Source: Candidatus Zixiibacteriota bacterium (GTDB taxonomy: Bacteria > Zixibacteria > MSB-5A5 > UBA10806 > 4484-95). From it: a DNA stretch of 57,068 nucleotides. Each line of letters begins with the position of its first letter. Position 1 is the first letter of the stretch. The notes beneath the pieces are model-generated. The model did no database searches, was not told the origin of the DNA, and was given only the letters and a program-made list of their open reading frames with translations. The DNA is taken from the NCBI GenBank assembly GCA_029932605.1, contig JAOZPT010000011.1, positions 1 to 57,068 on the forward strand, read 5' to 3'. A program made the position numbers and the translations under genes. Below are positions 1 through 8,915 of this stretch, piece after piece.

Positions 1-30
1 CGCTAAAATAAATAGCCCTGTCCTTTTCAT
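1..30 (-). CDS. N-terminus of a CDS running off the window (MKRTGLFILA...), signal-peptide-like
   Basis: Minus-strand ATG at 30 preceded by SD-like GGAGA; only 10 codons visible. Confidence 0.5.
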   Translation of the reverse strand, partial: MKRTGLFILA

Positions 31-416
31 ATTTCGTCTCCAGCTTTGGCAGTTTGTCGTTGTAGTTTTCCTGTAAGATCCCGCTTATTCGGGTGTGTTT
101 TTAGTTATATAACTTTTATTGACAATATAATTAATATTTTGCATTAGTCAAGTCTTAGAACCTGAGAGGTGTTACCAAAAATTTTACGTCGTATCCTGGA
201 ACTAACGGACAAGTGTATTCCTGGTTTCTACACCAGGGTTGGAAAAACCTAGCCATTTAGGGTTGAAAAATATTATATATCAAGCTCTGCATTTTCATCT
301 TGCTTTGTTCAATAGAGGATGCTGACTTAAGAGTATAATGATGGATAATGTTTGTTGATATTTATATTATGATGTTTTAACTTTACATTAGGTATGGTTT
401 AGGATGTTAATTGTTT

Positions 417-1805
417 ATGACTGAAAACAGGAAAAAACCGATAAAAAAAACTAAACTTTCACATGATGAAATAACTGCTATTTTAGATAGCGTTGCTGAA
501 GGTGTTTTCACGGTGGATGAGAACTGGCGTATCACGTCTTTTAATAGAGCTGCCCAGAAGATTACCGGTGTTCCTGAGGAAGAGGCTGTTGGCTCTTTTT
601 GTTTTGATGTGTTTAAGGCCAGTATCTGTGAGACAGACTGTGCCCTTCGCCAGACAATGAAGACTGGAAAGCCGATAATAAACAAGGCAGTATATATTAT
701 AAATGCGGTAGGTAAGAAAATTCCCATAAGCATCTCTACGGCCTTGTTGAAGGATAAAAATGATAAAATAATCGGCGGGGTTGAGACATTCCGGGATTTG
801 AGCATGGTTGAGCAGTTACGCAAAGAGCTTAAGGATAGATATACATTTGAGGATATAGTAAGCAAAAGCCCCAATATGAAACATATATTTAACTTGTTGC
901 CATTGATAGCCAACAGCGACAGTACAGTTGTGATTATGGGTGAAAGCGGTACCGGTAAGGAGCTTTTAGCCCGGGCTATTCATAACTTGAGCTATCGGCA
1001 TACCCAACCTTTTGTCATTGTAAATTGCGGAGCCTTACCTGATACGTTATTAGAATCAGAGCTTTTTGGTTATAAGGCTGGAGCTTTTACGGATGCGAAG
1101 AAGGATAAACCGGGACGGTTTACAATTGCTCGAAACGGGACGATATTCTTAGATGAAATAGGTGATATATCACCTGCCCTGCAAGTAAAACTTCTCCGGG
1201 TTCTTCAGGATAAAACATATGAACCTTTAGGAAGTGTTCAATCCTACAAGTCAAGGGCTAGGATTATAGCTGCCACCAATAAAGACCTTCCCCAGCTTGT
1301 AAAAGAGGGTAAGTTCAGGCAGGATCTTTATTACAGGATTAATGTAGTAAAGATTGAAATTCCCCCTCTTCGCCAGAGAAGGGAGGATATACCGCTATTA
1401 TTGGAGCATTTTATATATAAGTTTAATAAATTGAAGGGGAAAGAGGTCGTCGGTGTTTCTCCTGATGTCATGAAGATTTTGATGAACCATAATTATCCTG
1501 GCAATGTCCGTGAGCTGGAGAATATAATAGAGCATGCCTTTGCGGTTTCATCTGAGAACCTTATAAAACCACAACATCTTCCTGAAGAGATTACTAAAGT
1601 TTCAACAAGAGCACCTCAACCAGGTTACAACACCTTAAGCCAGCTTCAAAAGCAGTATATACTGAATGCTCTTGAGCGAAATAATTGGAACCGTTACCAG
1701 ACAGCCAAGGAGCTCGGTATACACAAAACAACCCTTTATCGAAAAATACGCAAACTAGGGATTGATTTTCCTGAATACGATGGGCGTTCCAAACCCAAGG
1801 AGTAA
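417..1805 (+). CDS. PAS-domain sigma54-dependent transcriptional activator (OrpR-like bEBP)
   Basis: N-terminal PAS with C-x8-C-x3-C; Walker A GESGTGKE; ESELFG; GAFTDA loop; Walker B FLDEIG; RQDLYYR; C-terminal Fis HTH (TAKELGIHKTTLYRK). ATG 417 preferred over TTG 411. Confidence 0.93.
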   Translation: MTENRKKPIKKTKLSHDEITAILDSVAEGVFTVDENWRITSFNRAAQKITGVPEEEAVGSFCFDVFKASICETDCALRQTMKTGKPIINKAVYIINAVGKKIPISISTALLKDKNDKIIGGVETFRDLSMVEQLRKELKDRYTFEDIVSKSPNMKHIFNLLPLIANSDSTVVIMGESGTGKELLARAIHNLSYRHTQPFVIVNCGALPDTLLESELFGYKAGAFTDAKKDKPGRFTIARNGTIFLDEIGDISPALQVKLLRVLQDKTYEPLGSVQSYKSRARIIAATNKDLPQLVKEGKFRQDLYYRINVVKIEIPPLRQRREDIPLLLEHFIYKFNKLKGKEVVGVSPDVMKILMNHNYPGNVRELENIIEHAFAVSSENLIKPQHLPEEITKVSTRAPQPGYNTLSQLQKQYILNALERNNWNRYQTAKELGIHKTTLYRKIRKLGIDFPEYDGRSKPKE

Positions 1806-1858
1806 AGTTGTATTAATGCTACTATATTATCATTACAGTTTCAATAATGCAACTATAT
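1806..1858. promoter_or_regulatory. Tandem imperfect palindromes, candidate enhancer (UAS) for the bEBP
   Basis: AGTTGTATTAATGCTACTATAT (1806-1827) and AGTTTCAATAATGCAACTATAT (1837-1858): 18/22 identical, 31 bp apart, consensus AGTTGCA-N4-TGCAACT, upstream of a sigma54-like promoter. Confidence 0.65.
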
Positions 1859-1940
1859 GTAGCTTGTTTTTAATTATTGGAGCATAAGAGAATTTATATA
1901 ACCATTTCATATACAAACAGTTGTAACTCTATTTAATATA

Positions 1941-1957
1941 TTGGCACAGATATTGTC
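1941..1957 (+). promoter_or_regulatory. sigma54 -24/-12 promoter
   Basis: TTGGCAC-AGATA-TTGT versus consensus TGGCAC-N5-TTGC (one mismatch at -12), directly upstream of the operon and downstream of a bEBP gene. Confidence 0.7.
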
Positions 1958-1977
1958 ATGTTATATCACAGAGGAGA

Positions 1978-2358
1978 TTGAAATTGAGAGTTGCTATTCC
2001 ATATTGGGGAAACAGAATCTCGCCGGTTTTAGACACCGCCGAGAATTTCCTTTTTGTGGATATTCAGAATGGTAAATGTGTCAAGAAAGATGAGATCAGT
2101 TTTAGTGGAAAATCACATTTTGAGAAGGTTGATTATTTAAAAAAACATAGTGTCAATTGGCTTCTATGTGGAGCGATTTCGGATTATTACTATAATTTGT
2201 TTTCCGCTAAAAGGATAAAGATAATTCCCTGGCTGAGGGGTGATATTGACCATGTTCTTGAGGCTTTTTTGTGTAATAATCTGTTTGAACCCGGTTTTGT
2301 AATGCCAGGTTGCAAAGGATTTGGCCGCAGAAGACGTCGCTTGAGAGGAGGATTTTAA
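1978..2358 (+). CDS. NifB/NifX (dinitrogenase Fe-Mo cofactor) family protein
   Basis: RVAIP...RISPVLDTA, LLCGAIS, Arg-rich tail MPGC..GRRRRR; SD GAGGAG before TTG. Confidence 0.8.
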   Translation: MKLRVAIPYWGNRISPVLDTAENFLFVDIQNGKCVKKDEISFSGKSHFEKVDYLKKHSVNWLLCGAISDYYYNLFSAKRIKIIPWLRGDIDHVLEAFLCNNLFEPGFVMPGCKGFGRRRRRLRGGF

Positions 2359-2391
2359 AATACTTTTATTTAATTTAAAAAGGAGAAAAGT

Positions 2392-2754
2392 ATGTTAATT
2401 GCCGTTACAGCAAAATCATGTGATCCTGATAGCGAGGTGGATCCTCGTTTTGCAAGAGCCCAATGTTTCCATATAATCGATACTGAAACTGGAGAGTTTG
2501 AAGTTATCGATAACACTGAGAATTTGAATGCGATGCATGGTGCCGGTATACAGACATCGGAATTGATTGCTAACCACAAGGTTGAAACTGTCCTGACCGG
2601 ACATTGCGGTCCCAGGGCCTTTCAGACATTAGGTGCAGCAGGGATAAAAATAGTCACAGGAGTTGAAGGAAAGGTTAAAGATGTGGTAGAAAAATTTAAA
2701 GAGGGGCAATATAAATATTCAAGTTCCCCGGATGTTCAATCGCACTGGGGATAA
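2392..2754 (+). CDS. NifB/NifX family protein (Orp/orange-protein-like)
   Basis: IAVTA...VDPRFARA, HGAGIQ, VLTGHCGPRAF; SD AAGGAG. Confidence 0.85.
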   Translation: MLIAVTAKSCDPDSEVDPRFARAQCFHIIDTETGEFEVIDNTENLNAMHGAGIQTSELIANHKVETVLTGHCGPRAFQTLGAAGIKIVTGVEGKVKDVVEKFKEGQYKYSSSPDVQSHWG

Positions 2755-2778
2755 AACTGTAAAGAAAGGAGTGTTAAA

Positions 2779-3177
2779 ATGCCAGGAGGAGATAGAACAG
2801 GACCTTTAGGTGCTGGTCCAAGAACAGGTCGAGCGGCCGGTTATTGTGCCGGTTATGGAATGCCCGGTTATGCCAATCCTTATGGGGGAAGAGGACTTGG
2901 ATATGGCTGGGGATTTGGAAGAGGTTTTGGTAGAGGTTTCGGCAGGGGATTTCGTGGTCGAGGCTGGTTTGGTCGAGGTTGGGGTTATGGTGCGCCCTAT
3001 TGGGGACGGGGACGGTATGCGTATCCTTATGACGAACCATATTATCTTCCTCAATCGACTGTTAATGAAGTTGAAGAACTGAGGGCACAGGAAAAATACT
3101 ATTCAACAATTTTAAAAGATATTCAAGACAGAATTGGAAGTCTTGAACAGAAAGTGAATTCTCAAAGCAAACAATAG
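2779..3177 (+). CDS. DUF5320-like protein with Gly/Arg-rich repeats and a C-terminal coiled coil
   Basis: N-terminus MPGGDRTGPLGAGPRTGRAAGYCAG; GFGR repeats; EVEELRAQ...RIGSLE coiled coil. Confidence 0.8.
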   Translation: MPGGDRTGPLGAGPRTGRAAGYCAGYGMPGYANPYGGRGLGYGWGFGRGFGRGFGRGFRGRGWFGRGWGYGAPYWGRGRYAYPYDEPYYLPQSTVNEVEELRAQEKYYSTILKDIQDRIGSLEQKVNSQSKQ

Positions 3178-3221
3178 AATTTAGAAGCCAAGGGGAAAAA
3201 AACAATTAAGTGAGGGATGTA

Positions 3222-3422
3222 ATGCAAGGTGGAGGTAAAAGAGGTTCCGGTGGAATGGGGCAAGGGCAGGGGCGTGGTGGTCGTCAGGGTGGTTTTGGTT
3301 TCGGACCTGGTGGACAATGTGTATGTCCCAGTTGTGGACATAGCATTCCGCATCAGAGAGGAGTTCCGTGCAGCCAGAAAAAGTGCCCCCAATGTGGTGC
3401 AGTAATGACCAGGCAGGGATAA
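3222..3422 (+). CDS. Small Gly-rich, Cys-rich metal-binding protein
   Basis: GPGGQCVCPSCG...HQRGVPC...CPQCG; SD GAGGG before ATG 3222. Confidence 0.75.
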   Translation: MQGGGKRGSGGMGQGQGRGGRQGGFGFGPGGQCVCPSCGHSIPHQRGVPCSQKKCPQCGAVMTRQG

Positions 3423-3425
3423 AAA

Positions 3426-4628
3426 TTGAAAATCGCTGTTGCCAGCGGGAAAGGGGGTACAGGTAAGACCACAGTCGCTGTCAATCTGGCTTGTTTGATG
3501 GCCGAATCATCCGACCATATTTGTTATGTTGATTGTGATGTGGAAGAACCCAATGGGCATCTATTTTTAAAACCGTCCATAACTCGCCAATGGACAGTAT
3601 CCATCCCTTTTCCTTCGGTTGATGATAGACTTTGTGATGGCTGTGGTAAATGCAAAGAGATATGTCAGCAAAACGCCATCACTGTCATAAATGGCAAGGT
3701 TCTGGTTTTTCCGGAGTTATGCAACGGATGTGGAGGTTGTAGTTTAGTATGTCCACAGGAGGCTATAAGGGAAATTCCAAAGGAAATCGGCAAGGCGATG
3801 GCTGGTCATGCAGGGGAACTGGGGTTTATATCGGGTAGGCTTAATGTGGGTGAACCTATGGCAGTTCCGGTGATACGTGATGTTAAAAAAGCTATTACGG
3901 ATAATGTTGAGGCGATAATTGATGCCCCGCCAGGGACGACCTGTCCGATGATTGAGGCTGTCCGTCAAGTCGATTATGTTCTGCTGGTAACCGAACCAAC
4001 TCCCTTTGGCTTAAATGATCTAAAAATTGCAGTTGATACAATGTCCAAGCTAGATCTTCCTCATGCTGTTATTATTAACAGGGCCGGAAGTGGTGATGAA
4101 TCGGTTAAAGATTTCTGCTTAGATAGAAATATTCCGGTTGTAACTGAAATTCCGGATGACCGTCGGGTAGCAGAATTGTATTCGCAGGGGAAAATAATAT
4201 ACAAATCATTACCTAGGTTTAAAGAGTATTTTGAGGATATCCTGAGAGCGATAAATGATAAACGAAAAGAGAGAGAGGGTAATTTTATGAAGATAGCGAT
4301 TCCGGTTGCTGACGGCAAATTATGCGCCCATTTTGGTCATTGCCAGAAATTCGCTATAATTGAAGTTGATACAGATAGCAGAAAAATAATCAGCAAAACA
4401 GATGCCGAACCTCCTCCTCACGAACCAGGTATATTGCCTCAATGGCTTTCGGAACAGGGTGTTAATCTGATAATCGCCGGGGGCATGGGACAGCGCGCCC
4501 AGCAGTTTTTTAACCAATACAATATAGAAGTAATAACAGGTGTGACAGATGTTACATCGGCTGAAGAAGTGACAATGAATTATCTCAACCATACATTACA
4601 AGCCGGGGATAATATCTGTGACCATTGA
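3426..4628 (+). CDS. MinD/CobQ-type P-loop ATPase with inserted 2x[4Fe-4S] ferredoxin, fused in frame to a C-terminal NifB/NifX domain
   Basis: SGKGGTGKTT, DCDVEEPN, CxxCxxCxxxC twice, DAPPGTTCP, EPTPFG; from 4287 MKIAIP...HFGHC...HEPG...GGMG...NICDH. Confidence 0.88.
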   Translation: MKIAVASGKGGTGKTTVAVNLACLMAESSDHICYVDCDVEEPNGHLFLKPSITRQWTVSIPFPSVDDRLCDGCGKCKEICQQNAITVINGKVLVFPELCNGCGGCSLVCPQEAIREIPKEIGKAMAGHAGELGFISGRLNVGEPMAVPVIRDVKKAITDNVEAIIDAPPGTTCPMIEAVRQVDYVLLVTEPTPFGLNDLKIAVDTMSKLDLPHAVIINRAGSGDESVKDFCLDRNIPVVTEIPDDRRVAELYSQGKIIYKSLPRFKEYFEDILRAINDKRKEREGNFMKIAIPVADGKLCAHFGHCQKFAIIEVDTDSRKIISKTDAEPPPHEPGILPQWLSEQGVNLIIAGGMGQRAQQFFNQYNIEVITGVTDVTSAEEVTMNYLNHTLQAGDNICDH

Positions 4629-4666
4629 TAAGTTTGGAATTTAAAACAAGGGTAGCGGAGAAAAAG

Positions 4667-4915
4667 ATGCCAACTTACGAGTTCAGGTGTAAAAGTTGTG
4701 GTAACATATTTGAATTATTTTTGCCAATGAACTCATCAAAAAACCAGAAATGTCCTGTTTGTGGTAAAACGGCAATCAGAGTTTTGTCGCCTACAGCTGG
4801 GTTTGTAGTGAATTCTTCATCGGGTTCAGGATTTCATAGAAGGGAAACGTGTGATCGCAGTAGTCCTTGTTGTGGCCGCGATGAACCCTGTGAACATAGA
4901 CCATGTGAGGATTGA
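4667..4915 (+). CDS. FmdB-family zinc-ribbon protein with a Cys-rich tail
   Basis: MPTYEFRCKSCG...CPVCG; tail CDRSSPCCGRDEPCEHRPC; SD GGAG before ATG 4667. Confidence 0.8.
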   Translation: MPTYEFRCKSCGNIFELFLPMNSSKNQKCPVCGKTAIRVLSPTAGFVVNSSSGSGFHRRETCDRSSPCCGRDEPCEHRPCED

Positions 4916-4937
4916 TATACAGGAAATCAAAAGGAAA

Positions 4938-5849
4938 GTGAAAGAGATAGTTGTTATCAGCGGTAAAGGGGGAACCGGCAAGACGAGCATAGTTGCCTCA
5001 TTTGCATCGTTGGCCCAGAATGCGGTTTTAGCTGACTGCGATGTTGATGCCGCTGACCTTCATCTTGTATTGGATCCTCATATTAAACGCAGTCAGGATT
5101 TTTACGGTGGTAAAAAAGCTTATATTGATCCAGAAAAATGTACTGGCTGTGGTGTGTGTATGGAAATGTGCCGTTTCGAGGCAATTATCGAAGACGGAAA
5201 ATTGAAAAATCAGGATTCGAACATTTATAAAATTGACCCGATTGGTTGTGAGGGATGCGGGGTCTGTGCATATTTCTGCCCCGTGACGGCAATCACGATG
5301 GAACCGCAAAAAAATGGCAAACTTTTTATATCCGAGATGCGGTACGGTCCAATGGTCCATGCCAAATTGGGTATTGCTGAAGAAAACACGGGGAAACTCG
5401 TAGCCTTGGTTCGTGAGAATGCAAGAGAAATCGCCAGGAAGGAAGGAGCTGATTACATAATCGTTGACGGTCCTCCCGGCGTAGGGTGTCCAGTCATATC
5501 GTCGATAACAGGCGCTGACATCATATTAATTGTAACCGAGCCAACGGTTTCCGGTTTAAGCGATTTGAAAAGAGTCGAGAAATTGGCAAGACATTTTAAT
5601 ATCCCCGCAACAGTATGTATCAACAAATGGGATATTAACCCTTCGATCTCGGAGAAAATATGCGATTACTGTGATAAACATCAAATCAGGGTGCTGGGAA
5701 AAATCCGTTACGATAACGCTTTCACAAAGGCTCAGATTATGAAAGCCACAATACCTGAATATACATCTGGCTACCTGGCAGATGAGATAAAATCAGTATG
5801 GGGCCGCCTTCAACAACAATTAATTGAACTACCTTCGGCAATACAGTAA
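4938..5849 (+). CDS. Second P-loop ATPase with inserted 2x[4Fe-4S] ferredoxin
   Basis: SGKGGTGKTS, DCDVDAADL, two CxxCxxCxxxC motifs, DGPPGVGCPV, EPTVSG; GTG 4938 after AAGGA. Confidence 0.88.
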   Translation: MKEIVVISGKGGTGKTSIVASFASLAQNAVLADCDVDAADLHLVLDPHIKRSQDFYGGKKAYIDPEKCTGCGVCMEMCRFEAIIEDGKLKNQDSNIYKIDPIGCEGCGVCAYFCPVTAITMEPQKNGKLFISEMRYGPMVHAKLGIAEENTGKLVALVRENAREIARKEGADYIIVDGPPGVGCPVISSITGADIILIVTEPTVSGLSDLKRVEKLARHFNIPATVCINKWDINPSISEKICDYCDKHQIRVLGKIRYDNAFTKAQIMKATIPEYTSGYLADEIKSVWGRLQQQLIELPSAIQ

Positions 5850-5943
5850 TGAAAAATAAAAATGAAGTTTGCCCCGTATGCGTTGAACAATTAAATGCAT
5901 AAAAAATTGAAATACCATTTTTGACAGGTAAAGGCAGTTTATA

Positions 5944-6756
5944 ATGCTTACTGATGAGCAAAAAAAACAGATTGAAATTCAAGATAAATTAATATCGGAC
6001 AATATTCATAAAATCAAGCACAGAATTGTTGTCTTCAGTGGTAAAGGTGGAGTTGGAAAGACAACGGTAAGTGTAAATATAGCTTATGGTTTGCAAGCCA
6101 AAGGAAATAAGACGGGAATTCTTGATGCAGATATAACAGGCCCAAATGTACCCAAGATGTTAGGTTTAAGCGGTGATCTTCTTATGGAAAATAAACGTGT
6201 TATGCCTAAGGAAATTAACGGTGTAAAAGTTATATCCATTGCTAACATTATTCCACCAGACCAGCCTGTTATTTGGCGTGGACCTTTACGCTCAAAGTTG
6301 CTGTTTCAATTCTTGGGTGATGTTGAGTGGGGATATCTTGATTATCTTGTAGCTGACCTTCCACCGGGGACAGGAGATGAAATTATTACAATGACTCAGA
6401 AGATGGAGCCGGATCTGGCTATTATTGTAACCACACCTCAGGAAATTTCATTGGTGGATTCAAGAAGAGCTGTGAATATGGCCAAGAAGATGAATATACC
6501 GAAAATCGGTATTATTGAAAATATGTCAGGCTTGATGTGTCCTGAGTGTGGTTATCGTATCGACCTTTTTGGTTCTGGAGGTGGTAAAAAGCAAGCAGAA
6601 GAGATGAATGTTTTGTATTTAGGGATGTTACCTATAGATACCGAGGCGAGAAAAATGGCCGATGAGGGTAAGCCAATTATTCTTGAGAATAAAAATGCTG
6701 ATATATCGATTGCTATTTCCAATGTGGTGGATATTATTAAAAATATGTTAATTTAG
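5944..6756 (+). CDS. Mrp/ApbC/NBP35 family Fe-S cluster carrier ATPase
   Basis: SGKGGVGKTT, DADITGPNVP, WRGP, DLPPGTGDE, TTPQ, ENMS...CPEC. Confidence 0.92.
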   Translation: MLTDEQKKQIEIQDKLISDNIHKIKHRIVVFSGKGGVGKTTVSVNIAYGLQAKGNKTGILDADITGPNVPKMLGLSGDLLMENKRVMPKEINGVKVISIANIIPPDQPVIWRGPLRSKLLFQFLGDVEWGYLDYLVADLPPGTGDEIITMTQKMEPDLAIIVTTPQEISLVDSRRAVNMAKKMNIPKIGIIENMSGLMCPECGYRIDLFGSGGGKKQAEEMNVLYLGMLPIDTEARKMADEGKPIILENKNADISIAISNVVDIIKNMLI

Positions 6757-6960
6757 TGGCAATAAAAATGCCTTTGCGAAATAAAAACAGATATTTGATT
6801 TTTATAACAACTCGTTTGATGTTTTTATGTTTTAGATAAGAGATACATTGTTACAAAAGACGCAACTTATTCAACATAAAAAATTATATATATCTCTTGC
6901 AACGACCCCAACAGTTTTTGTAAGATATTTAAATGATGGAATCTAATGGGAGAACTTAAG

Positions 6961-7407
6961 ATGAAAGATAATATTAAAATAGGAATTATAATTTGCGATC
7001 GATACCGTATGTGCGCCGGAGGCAAATGTTTAAGAGCTCTTAAAAATAAAGAGGGAGCATTCAGCATTTATAATGAGACGCAGGTGGAATTGGTCGGCTA
7101 TGTAACATGTGGTGGTTGCCCCGGTGGTAATGTCGAGTATGCTCCCGGTGAAATGGTCAAGAATGGAGCGCAGGTGATTCACCTTGCTACGGGATTAATC
7201 GTTGGTTATCCGCCATGTCCCTATATAAAATTTTTTAGAGATTTCATAAAAACAGGTTATGGAATAGATGTCGTTTTCGGGACTCATCCAATTCCCCAGA
7301 AATACTATAATATTCATGCAAAGTTGAAAACATGGGATTCTCCAGAATGGAAAAATATTATTCAGCCAACGTTAACGGATGAGAAAACTCGTTTGTCTTA
7401 TGATTGA
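6961..7407 (+). CDS. CGGC-domain protein
   Basis: IIIC...CAGGKC...TCGGCPG...IHLAT...PPCP...GTH; alternative start 6946. Confidence 0.85.
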   Translation: MKDNIKIGIIICDRYRMCAGGKCLRALKNKEGAFSIYNETQVELVGYVTCGGCPGGNVEYAPGEMVKNGAQVIHLATGLIVGYPPCPYIKFFRDFIKTGYGIDVVFGTHPIPQKYYNIHAKLKTWDSPEWKNIIQPTLTDEKTRLSYD

Positions 7408-7644
7408 TAAAAAGCTCGTATTTAGCCTGAGTATAACACAGCATATATTTAATTGGTTTGGATGAGATAAAAAGATACAAAAAATGCAAGATTTTATCTT
7501 GATAAAAAGGTATCTATAAGATTAATATAGTAGTAGCTATGAAAAAGTTATGTTTTGGGTTTCAAGAAAAAGTGTACTTTATAAATAAAGGAGCTTAGAC
7601 CTTTTAATAATTATTCATTATAAGACACAAAGGAGAGATGGATA

Positions 7645-7950
7645 ATGGCTGAGAATATCTCTGAAGAAGAGGTTCGCAAAGTGGTTGGCCAGGTAAAACA
7701 TCCGGTTATTGATTGCACCCTGGTTGAACTTGGGATAGTAAAGGATATAACGGTTGAAGATAAAAAGGCCATAGTTACTATGGTTTTTCCTTCTCCTAAT
7801 ATTCCCATCAAGGATGACCTTGTAAACAGCTTAAAAGAAGCTTTAAATAAGCTGGATGTAGAAGTTGAGGTGAGGTTGGGGGTAATGGACCATGAGGAAG
7901 TTGAGAAATTTTTAGATATGGAGAAAGAAAATTGGAAAGGCGGTGCCTAA
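7645..7950 (+). CDS. DUF59 (Fe-S assembly/SufT-like) domain protein
   Basis: VKHPVIDCTLVELGIVKDI resembles the DUF59 V.DPE...IV.LG.V motif; SD AGGAG. Confidence 0.7.
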   Translation: MAENISEEEVRKVVGQVKHPVIDCTLVELGIVKDITVEDKKAIVTMVFPSPNIPIKDDLVNSLKEALNKLDVEVEVRLGVMDHEEVEKFLDMEKENWKGGA

Positions 7951-8111
7951 TTATCGGATAGAATCTCTGATATTATTTAAAGGATATTAATTATCAGTAT
8001 CATATCAGAAATCGTTATTTATTTGATCGTATGTTGTTTTGATCGGCGTGGGCATACCTGTTATATAGCAGTGGTATTATATGGAAAACGGCATTTGAAA
8101 AAGGGAGACAT

Positions 8112-8747
8112 TTGAAAATTACAATTGTATATGACAATGAGGTATATAGAAAAGGCCTTAAACCTGATTGGGGCTTTTCCTGTTTTATAGAGGCGTATGG
8201 TAAAAAGTTACTTTTTGATACAGGCGCAAACGGTTTAATACTTCTTGAAAATATGAAAGTGCTTGATATAAATCCAGCCAGCGTTGAAGAGATTTTCATT
8301 TCTCATGACCACTATGATCACGTTGGTGGCCTCTCAGATTTCCTTAAGATAAATCCTGTCAGGGTTTATGTTCCGTCATCATACCGTGAACAGGGTCATG
8401 CAAAAGATATAATTAAAATAAAAGAGACCGTTGAAATCCATGAAAAATTTTATTCAACAGGTGAACTTGAAAATATCGAGCAATCTCTTGCGATAAAGAC
8501 AGAAAAAGGATTGGTTATAATTGTGGGTTGTTCTCACCCCGGGGTTGGCAATATCCTGAAGGCGGCTTCACAATATGGGAAACCTAATGCGATTATCGGG
8601 GGTTTACATGGATTTGAGGATTTCGATTTAATTAAAGATTTGGAGCTGGTCTGCCCTACTCATTGTACCCAGTTTAAATCAGAAATAAAATCACTTTATC
8701 CTGAGAAATGTGTTGAGGGTGGTGCTGGTAAAGTGATAGAGATATGA
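8112..8747 (+). CDS. Metallo-beta-lactamase-fold hydrolase
   Basis: WGFS, LFDTG, SHDHYDHVGG, GCSHPG, GGLH, PTHCT. Confidence 0.88.
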   Translation: MKITIVYDNEVYRKGLKPDWGFSCFIEAYGKKLLFDTGANGLILLENMKVLDINPASVEEIFISHDHYDHVGGLSDFLKINPVRVYVPSSYREQGHAKDIIKIKETVEIHEKFYSTGELENIEQSLAIKTEKGLVIIVGCSHPGVGNILKAASQYGKPNAIIGGLHGFEDFDLIKDLELVCPTHCTQFKSEIKSLYPEKCVEGGAGKVIEI

Positions 8748-8915
8748 AATCGCAACTTAAGGTATTGGAATTAAGTATCTTGCATTTTTAGGTTTTTAAC
8801 CGGCCATAGACTTTCTTGAAGTTTTTTTGATAAAAGTTTTCCCAATGAAAGATTTTGCTCGGGTTTGTACCGATAGTTATATGATCGTTAATAGACTTAG
8901 AAAGGACAGAATAAA

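Noticed and set aside
220..260. Hairpin CCTGG...CCAGG containing TTTCTAC, reminiscent of a purine riboswitch
   Set aside because: Other conserved junction and loop elements not found
1978..4628. Nitrogen fixation cluster
   Set aside because: Only stand-alone NifB/NifX-type domains; no nifH, nifD, nifK or radical-SAM nifB in the window
5921..5945. TTGACA and TATAAT before the Mrp gene
   Set aside because: Spacer is only 13 nt and the -10 overlaps the ATG
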